A stretch of 44,588 nt of DNA, taken from Hydrurus foetidus. Its lineage: Eukaryota. Each line of letters opens with the position of its first letter. Within the stretch, counting starts at the first letter, position 1. The stretch is taken from contig UYFQ01000058.1 of assembly GCA_900617105.1 (NCBI GenBank), positions 1 to 44,588 of the forward strand, written 5' to 3'. The notes beneath the pieces were generated by a model. The model had not been told where the DNA came from. It was given only the letters and a program-made list of their open reading frames with translations, and searched no databases. The translations under genes and the position numbers were made by a program. This document shows positions 12,117 through 21,600 of the stretch, in pieces.

Positions 12117-14908
12117 GCGACCCATACTCAAGATACGGTTTCGTTAGGCTTGACACGTTGTGTGGGTGTAAATGTCACTTCATTAGAAGGTTGGGTTTTC
12201 TCAATCTGTCAAGAAAATTACAGAAATTTTTTAATGTCAAATGATACTTCGCAGTTTTGTTCTACGTTAACAAATATTATCAAACGAAACCGAAATTCGG
12301 AAAATCGTGAAATACTTATCGGGTTTCTTTTACCGAAATTGATGAAGAGAAATCAATCAACTAATACAAACGAGTCTTTAATTACTCCATCCGCTTTAGT
12401 TTATAAAGCTGACGATAGTCTTAATACATTCTTGATACAATCATATTCATGCGCGGTCAAATGTAATACCAAGGATAAAATAGGCTACTGTAAAGATTGT
12501 TATAATCACAAACGCAACACTAGGGGAAATCGCCCTGGTGAAACGATTCCCATGAGTGTACATAAAAAAATTCTTAAGAAAAATGATATTGATGCGATCG
12601 AAATTGATAAAAAAAATAAAAGAATACTCGAAAAAGATAAAGTGATATTAGCGGAAAAAAATAAGTCAATAAACCGATTACGAAAGAAAATATGTTATTG
12701 GAGATTGATATGTATTGATCTACGATCAGCAGTAGCGAAATGGAGAGAAGTTGAGCATGAGAGGAAGGGCTTCATTTGCATTAATGAAATTGAATCTGAA
12801 AATTGGTTCAATTTCTATTCCTTCATAGATAAACACATAGAGCTCGAACACGGAAAAGATGAAGAAAAAATGAAATTGCATAAAGAACTAATTAGATCTG
12901 AAATGAGTCAATTAGGAAAGTTTAACAAAAAAGGAGATAAAAGAGGAATAAGAACAACCAAAATATCGTCGAGAATTCTAAATTATTCGTTGGGATTAGC
13001 ACATAAGCTGGGGAAGCATATGTATGAGGAGGAAGCTACATTTCGTTCATTGCCTAGTTGGTCTACTTTAACAAGGTAAACATTTACTAAATACGTATCA
13101 CTACTGTGCGCCGACATAACTAATCTCGTCACTCAATTGATTTATTTCTCATAGATATAAATCGAACTTTAATTGCGAGACCGGGATACAGACTAATAAT
13201 CTTATCCTGGCTGCTAAAGCTGCTATCGCGAATGCAGATGGGAGCAGAGAGCATTGTGCTCTATTAATGGACGAAATGATGATTACCAATGGTATCATGT
13301 ATTCGGTGTCCAGAAATCGAGTATTTGGTCTTGCTGAGATACCATCCCATGGAATCAAAGTCGAAATTTACAGCGACTTTTATGGAATGGGTGAGTCACC
13401 TAAGAATGAGAACTTAAGTAATATGAATTACTTTGAGAACACAGCCGAGAAGTTAAAATGCCATTCAGCAACTGGTTTAACACAGGTATCATTGTTGGCT
13501 TATTATATTATACATTTTCATAATAGAATTTTTTTTAAAATCTAAATAAGATGTATTTAACGTATATTTGACGGTCATTAAGAAAATTGACAATGTTTTA
13601 TAACATAAGGTCAGGATGGTCAGCTTGGCTGGAACTCAGTTGGATTACTGTGTATACCAGACTTTTAATCCCTCGCTATCATCGGGAGAAATATTTGATA
13701 TAGTGAGGCAAGTTCTAAAATCAACTCATACATTTTTCTTTAGAGTCATTGCCATTATTGGTGATGGTGCACAATGTAATCGATCATATCAAAAACGACA
13801 CTTTAATTGTGGAGATATAAATGATTTGCACATGAAACATCCTCTTAGTAAAGAACCAATATATTATATATCTGATCCCTCCCATATGATTAAAAAAATT
13901 GTTTCTAGTCTGTCAAGTACAAACAGAAAAATTTATATTACAACTGTCGATAAAGTCATTCGTCGTTTATCCTTGGCATCAATGTTTAGTCTATGGCTGT
14001 CTTTTAATGACAGCTCGGGACTAAATAGATTTCCAAGCTTTAAGACAATTGATTTCATCAAAAACTCATTCCAATCTATGAGAGTAGGTCCGTGTATTAA
14101 AGTATTAGGCCCTAAAATGATAGAAGTTATCGATATGGCTTTAGTTTATCAACAAAATTATATTGAATTTAATAACGATGAAAATAATTCTGGATTATGT
14201 AATCCTTACGAATTCTATAAAAATGCGGATGATTATTTAGGATGGAGAGAAGTGTGTGTTCAATTTTCTCAGTTATTTTCAATTCTTAACTCAACTGAGA
14301 ATAGACTCAACACCACAAACTATACACATAATTTTGATTATCTTAAATCCTTTCATGCATGGTTTAAGAACTGGAAAGAAGTAGCTATAATCCGTCAGAA
14401 AACTATATTACCAGTAATACATTCTGCATACCAATCAATGTGTGGCTTTTTTACTATAGAAGCATCTGAAGATTGTCTTTCTATGACACAAAGTATTATA
14501 GCACTCACATATCATTACACCAAAAAAAATAATACAATTGGTAAACACTTTTTCCTATTACCACGTCGCATTAGTCAAGACCTTGTTGAAAATGCTTTTT
14601 CTAGGATTAGATTAGCAACTGGACATGCACGACTAGATCACATTAGTACTTACAATGCAATAGTAGAAGTAAACATGATTAAGGAAGTGAAATCACATGT
14701 GCGTGCTGCTAAAAAACGTAATGCGGGAGGTTGTCCTGAAATTACAAGCCACGATGATAGTGTAGAAGATAACTGTATAGAATATGCAAAAAAATTTAGA
14801 GAAGAATCTGCCGTATTTAAAACTTCGATATATAAAAAAAATAAACCATACTCATGGGTTCTAATAAATGGTATGGCAAATATGTCATACCATAAAAAAA
14901 ATGTCTAA
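12117..14908 (+). CDS. P-element/THAP9-like DDE transposase core (exons 12117-13075, 13155-13485, 13610-14908)
   Basis: Spliced reading gives LPSWSTLTRY, CALLMDEM (first D), IIGDGAQCN (second D), ISDPSHMIK (DxxH), SMRV, RRISQDLVENAFSRIR (E). Intron phases 2 and 0 are consistent. No THAP domain recognised. Confidence 0.9.
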
Positions 14909-15082
14909 CATATGATAATTTAATCTGGTATAACTAATTAAGAATGTAATTTAAATGATGTTTTATCATATAGCAGTTCTGACATGCTTTTACTCCAAAA
15001 TGATATTACTTCGTCGCGTTGAAACAAAAAAGGGAAAAAAATTGAATATGAAAATGAAAATAAAATTGATTATAATTTACAA

Positions 15083-16684
15083 TCAATCAATTTCACTCTC
15101 TACCATGTTAGTACAAAAGTTCGCATAAAAGTCATTCTCTTCATTTTCTATTTCTCTTTCGAGATTTAATGACTCCCCATTGTAATCATTATCGGTAAAT
15201 TCTCCTATTTCATCAATGCACTCTAATTCAATTAAGTTATCAAGTATCACAGCATCAGTGTTGCAATTAACTTCAGGATGATCACAACTATTTCCTAAAG
15301 TGTAATGTATGTGTACTGTACATGTCATTATGTGACGGAGATACCAACTATTTTTCTTGTAGTGTTTGCCACATGAACATTTTAATTCAGGAGTTGTGAC
15401 ATTTGAATTATCAAACGATGCTTGAATAACCGAGGTATCAATTTCATTTGCCTTCGTAACCTTTTTCTTCACAGAAGCTGCACTAAAGGAGAGTAAGTTG
15501 GTCCGTATACCGGAGGCACCAGTTTTGGATAAAAGTGCGTTGGAAAGTCTTAGCTGGTAAATGTCTTTCGAATACACTCGAATAAATCCCTGAATAAGAA
15601 ATTGGTAGAGGTACGAAATGGCATTTTCATCTGTTGCAAGATTTATGTTATCGGTAAATTGATCTTGTAAAGTATAACATGATTTTTTAAATGCTTGTTG
15701 AACATTTTTTGAATTCAGAATGACTTGATGTACACGATTAATTGGGTCGTACGAGTTAAAGATAATCAATACATCTGTAGAAAGTGACTGCATCCAAATC
15801 GCCTGTATAATCTTTATGAAGTCGAACGTGACAGACTTGCAATAATACAGTCCTTGAGAGTGCTCCCGGAAGAGTGTACACTCCGCAGGCAGATTCAAAC
15901 GGATAGCTTCATTACCGTTAGACAGTCTACAAGATTGGTAGTACTCCTTAAACGTAGAAGTGTATGCTGATCTGAGCCGATTAAGAGTGAAAAGATTATA
16001 TAACCGATGTCCACAGAGATAGCCAGCTATATCGTACACTTTGTGTTGAAGAGTGATAGTAAAGGGGTATGAGGAGTCGTTTGGTCGTTCCTTAATAAAA
16101 TTATCCACGTGTAGCCCCTTACTGATGTGATGCCATCGCCAATAATTTTTGTAGAGAAAATCCTCTAAGTAGACAAAAATCAAAGTAGTGTCTGCGTTAG
16201 GATCTATGCCTTCCTCCTCATTTGCCTCATTGTAAAATAAAGATCTCATTGGTGAGAATCCATTGAAATTTTTTTCTGCAGCATCCCTGATTTGATACCT
16301 ATCAGCTTCAAAAGCAACTATCATAAGTTTAGCATTCTTCATTCTCTTCTCCAGTCCACCGCTGGTTGGAGACACTCGAAGCTTGTATGATTTATGATAT
16401 CCCTCAGCCAAAGTAAAGAGACACTTCTGTACGAAAGTATGTAGAGTTTCATCTGTCATACAATCTTGAAAGAACTTTACATGCAACCCAGAGTGTTGCA
16501 AGAAAAAAAGTTCGCAGTCAAAAAAGTCGTCAATCGTTTCAGTGAAGATTCCATTAAGCTGAAGGAAAGCTTCGTAAGTTAGCTCAATCGACGACATATT
16601 CTGGGGATAACTGAAAGTAGATGGAATTAGTTGAGCATGATGGAATGTTGCAAGGAGGTGGTGCATGGTGCATGGGATATTCAT
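15083..16684 (-). CDS. Second gene of the P-like element, ~500-530 aa; resembles a P-transposase C-terminal region, with a C2HC-type zinc finger and acidic tail
   Basis: Uninterrupted ORF inside the TIRs, convergent with the transposase; likely ATG at 16684 or 16597 (the track start at 16888 lies outside the element). Motifs VYDIAGYL, LPAECTLFREHSQGLYYCKSVTFDFI, CSCGKHYKKNSWYLRHIMTC. Confidence 0.8.
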   Translation of the reverse strand: MNIPCTMHHLLATFHHAQLIPSTFSYPQNMSSIELTYEAFLQLNGIFTETIDDFFDCELFFLQHSGLHVKFFQDCMTDETLHTFVQKCLFTLAEGYHKSYKLRVSPTSGGLEKRMKNAKLMIVAFEADRYQIRDAAEKNFNGFSPMRSLFYNEANEEEGIDPNADTTLIFVYLEDFLYKNYWRWHHISKGLHVDNFIKERPNDSSYPFTITLQHKVYDIAGYLCGHRLYNLFTLNRLRSAYTSTFKEYYQSCRLSNGNEAIRLNLPAECTLFREHSQGLYYCKSVTFDFIKIIQAIWMQSLSTDVLIIFNSYDPINRVHQVILNSKNVQQAFKKSCYTLQDQFTDNINLATDENAISYLYQFLIQGFIRVYSKDIYQLRLSNALLSKTGASGIRTNLLSFSAASVKKKVTKANEIDTSVIQASFDNSNVTTPELKCSCGKHYKKNSWYLRHIMTCTVHIHYTLGNSCDHPEVNCNTDAVILDNLIELECIDEIGEFTDNDYNGESLNLEREIENEENDFYANFCTNMVESEID

Positions 16685-16776
16685 GCATTCGACGTCGTTG
16701 GAATATACAGGAAGCAATTTCCGGAGTCCACGGCAAGTACGTTTGGTATTTGCTTTTTCAAAAAAACAGGTGAGGA

Positions 16777-16842
16777 CGGTGTGAGAAAAATCTGAGCGAG
16801 CCGGAGTCCGGTAAGTGCCCCCTCTCCTTTTATACTCCCTTG
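16777..16842 (-). repeat. Right TIR of P-like element
   Basis: Reverse complement of 8773-8838 with 3 mismatches; followed by TSD CTGTGAG. Confidence 0.95.
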
Positions 16843-17600
16843 CTGTGAGAGAAGCAACCCAAGAAAGGTTTTCCAGACCTTCGTGCAATCGCCAGGTTGG
16901 TTTCTGTGTTGTCGCCCATAATTACTGCAACATTTTCCCAGCTCTTGCCAACTTTCTCGAGGAAAGTGCCTATGGTCTCGATATGGCTGTCAGCACCGAA
17001 ATCATCGCAGCGAATCAATGGCGCGAGCCTTAGCAGGTAGGTGCGAACAATATCCTTTTCCTTATCGAACCAGTTGACAAAAATACCGCAGTAGTTCGTC
17101 GAGTTGCCGTTGTCCCATCCATCAAATAAGATCCCGAAACGGTCGGGTAGTAACGCGGCAAGCTTCCCCTCACACTCGAATCCGAGCTGATCCATGTACT
17201 TCAGCAGGGTGTACTTGCTGATTGGGTCTTTCTTAGAATATTTTCTCGTTGTCAGCTTCTCAACGAAGTTAAAGGGTAAGTTATCCGTTACGACCCAATC
17301 TATCCAACCGTAAATGTTTTGACTTGTTTTGTCGACCACAATATGTTGTCGAATATCTTGGGCGTGTTCTCTACCAGCAAAAAGGGCTTCATAATCTGGG
17401 ACGCATTCCTTCAGGTGGTTCCTCAGGTTGGTGAATCCAGCGTTTGCAATGACTGTAAAGGAATTCTTGATACTGCAACACTCTCTGCCTACAATCTCGT
17501 TGCTTCTGCATTTGAAAATATTCTTTTTCCGCGGTCCATCCAAAATATCAGGTCCTTTCGAGAAGAAATATTGGGCGAAATCTTTGTTGAATCCTGCCAT
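16843..17600 (-). CDS. hAT transposase, N-terminal half (BED-like finger, first two catalytic Ds, CxxH)
   Basis: FKC...C...GFTNLRNHL; WVVTDNLPFNFVE; FGILFDGWD; IMGDN; LGCFSH ends at the P-element TSD. Confidence 0.93.
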
Positions 17601-17775
17601 TCTCGACTGACGAACACTGAATGGTGGGTTTGTCGATAGAGTGGTTGTGTGTAATCGTCATCTGCTTTGTTGGGTTGTTGATTGTTGTCAGCTGTCAGCT
17701 GTTCGCCTCTCTGCCTATCTGGGCATCTGGGATCTAGGTCCCAAAAATGAGATTACTCAAAAAATTATTCGAATA

Positions 17776-17950
17776 TAATTGCAATTAATTGCAATTATAA
17801 TTGCAATTAATTACCTCAATCTGAACAATCAATAATTGCAATTAATTGCAATTAATTTTTAATTGTACTTCCCAGTGCTGAGAGAGACAATCAATTATTG
17901 TAGAAAAATAATTGCAATTAATTGTCAATTATTGTTGGCTACAATTATTG
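17776..17950. repeat. hAT right subterminal palindromic repeats (AATTGCAATTAATTGCAATT)
   Basis: Same motif family as 7126-7298, just inside the right TIR. Confidence 0.85.
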
Positions 17951-18028
17951 TTTTTACAGGCTTGATACGGTCATATCCCTGCAATTCTAGCTCCGTATTA
18001 TATGTCATCTCTTATATAGAGGTGGAAC

Positions 18029-18472
18029 TAGGGTCTGACACAACCGCCCTTCCCGTCTTTGGGGCGGTTTACACTCATCTGAAAAAGCAGTCCGTCTTTT
18101 CCCGTCTTTCTTACTTTTTGTAATGAAGAAAAAGTAATTCTAAAAAAGTAAATGTGCCATCCTCCGGCTCTGCTAATTTCCTATCCAAAACCGTCTTAAA
18201 ATGTGTTCATAACTTCCGTTGTACCGTTCATACCAATACGTGGGGTATTTCGAACCTGGGGTGAGGAGCCTAAAAATTATTTTTTGTCGAATTTTTTCTT
18301 TCGCGTTTTGGATGAAGTAGAGCTATATTTGAGTAGGACCTAAGTAGAGGAACAAGAATCTGCATTAAAAAGTTGATAATTCGTCGTGGTCGTGGAGAAA
18401 TAGCTGGGGCGGTTTCAGGGGCGGAAAAAAAGCCGGATTGAGGATTTCTAGGGGCGGTTGTGTCAGACCCTA
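18029..18472. mobile_element. Non-autonomous hAT MITE, 444 bp
   Basis: Perfect 21-bp TIR TAGGGTCTGACACAACCGCCC; 8-bp TSD GGTGGAAC at 18021-18028 and 18473-18480; no coding capacity. Confidence 0.93.
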
Positions 18473-18665
18473 GGTGGAACCACCATAAAGGTTTATCCCC
18501 CAATATCAGATATTAGATTGCCGCGTCGAAAAACTTCACACTTCACTTTCCGCTGAGCGCAGTATATGAGGTTGCACGTTGCAGTCAACAATTCCCAATA
18601 AACCTTTTAAATTTTGTCGAATATCGTCTCCGTGAGCAGTTTTGAACGGCATATCGGGCAGCTAA

Positions 18666-21600
18666 ATGCGGTCTGCTTTAGCTGTGCTCGTCTCATGGAC
18701 CTTTTACAACGCACGACAGGTTACAGACAGCTATCTACATTCGATTACATGACGACCAGCACACATCTAATCTCCCGATACGGCTCAAAATCTACACGAT
18801 CCACTGCTTTCATAGTTTTCTGCCGATCAATCGACTTTTGTCCATGGATTCGACGATCTCCACCCGAAGATCCCGGAGGCATTCTTCTTTCACTTGATGT
18901 CATCCGCTGATTCGTCATCCACTTATCCGGACGTAATGTCAAATGTCAATACTATACGACGTAGAGATTTGCATTCAATGCAAGGAAATGAAAAGAGCCC
19001 TTTTCAGACATCGGACTTCATGGCTGCATCAAGTAATGGTGAGGACTGCGATAAAAATTGAAAGACAGAGAAAGTTTATCAATCTCGCTGCTCCAAATAA
19101 ACAATGCATTACTTCTCGAATAATCCCTACTCATCCATGATCAGCTGAAGTTATCTCCACTCTCGCTGGAAACGGAGCAGTGGGCTACACTGGAGATGGT
19201 GGGGCAGCAACGTCAGCTTCACTGAATGTGCCGACTGGGGTAGCCGTGGACACTCTGACGGGGAACATCTACATCGCAGATGACGTGAACAATGTGGTGC
19301 GCATGGTCGCGAAGAGCACCGGCATCATCTCCACAGTAGCCGGCACAGGAGTTGCAGGCTACAGCGGAGATAACGGACCTGCGACACGAGCAACTCTGTC
19401 CAACCCTGTGGGGGTAGCGGTAGATGTGACCGCTCGAATTCTGTACATCGCTAGTATTGCGAACAATGTGGTTCGTGCTGTGATGATAGATACGGGCATT
19501 ATTACCACAGTAGCTGGTTACTTTGGTGGTAGTGGGTACCGTGGAGACGGAGGGCAAGCGACATTGGCCACCCTATTGTCGCCTGTAAGAGTTGCGGTTG
19601 ATGCATCCAACGGAAATCTGTACATCGCAGACATGGGCAACAATGTCGTACGCATGGTTACAAAGAGCACCGGCATCATAAGCACTGTCGCAGGTGTCGC
19701 GGCATCTGGACCAGGCTATGGGGGAGACGGAGGGCCAGCAACATCGGCCCAACTGTTTTACCCAACTGGCATTGCGATTGATGCATCAAACGGAAATCTA
19801 TACATCGCTAGTCCGGTCAATAATGTCGTTCGCATGGTCGCGAAGAGCACAGGTATCATTACCACTGTTGCTGGCAATGCGGCTATGGGATCAGGCTACA
19901 CAGGAGACGGAGGGCAGGCGACTGCAGCAACGCTGTCCGCGCCGACAGGTCTCGCTGTCGACGCCGTGAAAGGTGTTGTCTATATTGCGGACTCGATGAA
20001 CAGTGTCATTCGCATGGTGGCGAAGAGCACGGGTATCATCACCACTGTTGCTGGGAATGGGATGAGTGGCTACGGCGGCGATGGAGGGCAAGCCACAAGT
20101 GCGGCACTATCCTCCCCTTACAGTGTCGCTCTAGATACGACTTCTGGTACGATGTACATTGCCGACACGTTCAACAATGTCATCAGGAATGTTTTCGGGA
20201 GTGCGAGTGCACCGTCAGGTCCATCCGCCTCTCCGATCGCCAGACCTTCCACGGCAGTCACCTTCGCGCCAACTATGACGCCGACAAGCGCAGGTCAGAT
20301 ATCACATTGGCGCCGACAAGTGCAGGTCAGACAATCACATTGGCGCCGACAAGTGCAGGTCAGACTATCTCATTGACACCGACAAGTGCTGGTCAGACTA
20401 TCTCATTGGCACCGACAGGCGCTGGTCAGACAATCTCATTGGCACCGACAGGCGCTGGTCAGACTATATCATTGGCACCGACAAGGCCAGGTGAGACAAT
20501 CTCATTGGCGCCCACAAGTGCAGGTCAGACAATCTCATTGGCGCCCACAAGTGCAGGTCAGACTATCTCATTGACACCGACAGGTGCAGGTCAGACTATC
20601 TCATTGGCACCGACAGGCGCTGGTCAGACTATATCATTGGCACCGACAGGCGCTGGTCAGACAATCTCATTGGCACCGACAAGGCCAGGTCAGCCAATCA
20701 CATTGGCACCGACAAGTGCAGGTCAGACTATCTCATTGGCGCCGACAGGTGCAGGTCAGACTATCTCATTGACACCGACAGGTGCAGGTCAGACTATCTC
20801 ATTGGCACCGACAGGCGCTGGTCAGACTATATCATTGGCACCGACAGGCGCAGGTCAGCCAATCTCATTGGCACCGACAAGGCCAGGTCAGCCAATCACA
20901 TTGGCACCGACAAGTCCAGGTCAGACTATCTCATTGGCACCGACAGGTGCAGGTCAGACTATCTCATTGGCACCAACAAGCGCAGGTCAGACTATCTCAT
21001 TGGCACCGACAAGGCCAGGTCAGCCAATCACATTGGCGCCGACAGGTGCAGGTCAGACAATCTCATTGGCGCCGACAGGTGCAGGTCAGACTATCTCGTT
21101 CGCACCGACAGGCGCAGGTAAGAAATGGTCTGGTTTAAATCGAATTGAATTGAATCACATTGTATCGTGTTGTGTTGTGCCGAGTCGTGGTGAATACTGT
21201 TGTGCTGGATTGATCCGAAATGGATCGGTCTGATGTCATGTGACATCGCGTATTAACACCGTTGCTTATGATATGACTGTATGCGCCAGAAGCGACAAGA
21301 CACTACGTCATGATGCATGCGTACGTGCCCGTGCCAGTGTGTGTGTGTGTGTGTGTGTGTGCTCGTCATGTGCGTGAATTGACGTAAGACACGACTCATC
21401 AATCGCCCCAATCGTCACGCACATGCATTACCCCAGGGATCTCAACAACTGGCACAATATTCACATACGCCGGTAACGGAACAGCGGGCTACAGCGGAGA
21501 TGGAGGGGCAGCAACGTCAGCTTCACTGAATGTGCCGACTGGGGTAGCCGTGGACACTCTGACGGGGAACATCTACATCGCAGATGATGTGAACAATGTG

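Larger units (their letters stand above)
8773..16842 (+). mobile_element. P-superfamily DNA transposon, 8070 bp, two convergent genes
   Basis: 66-bp TIRs (8773-8838, 16777-16842; 3 mismatches) starting CAAGG; 7-bp TSD CTGTGAG at 8766-8772 and 16843-16849; P-type transposase motifs. Confidence 0.93.
7110..17964 (-). mobile_element. hAT DNA transposon (2778 bp once the nested P element and one TSD copy are removed)
   Basis: 8-bp TSD ATACGGTC at 7102-7109 and 17965-17972; imperfect TIRs CAAGCATGTGAAAAA vs CAAGCCTGTAAAAAC; CAATTAATTG-type subterminal repeats at both ends; hAT transposase inside. Confidence 0.93.

Noticed and set aside
8773..16842. Kolobok assignment for the two-gene element
   Set aside because: The TSD is 7-bp CTGTGAG, not TTAA; the ends are CA..TG; and the transposase motifs are P-type.
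16685..16888. N-terminal part of the 601-aa ORF in the track
   Set aside because: It starts outside the P element and runs through the TSD and TIR; chance open frame. The real start is probably 16684 or 16597.
20386..21138. RQSHWHRQ-repeat ORFs
   Set aside because: Alternative-frame readings of the 33-bp minisatellite.
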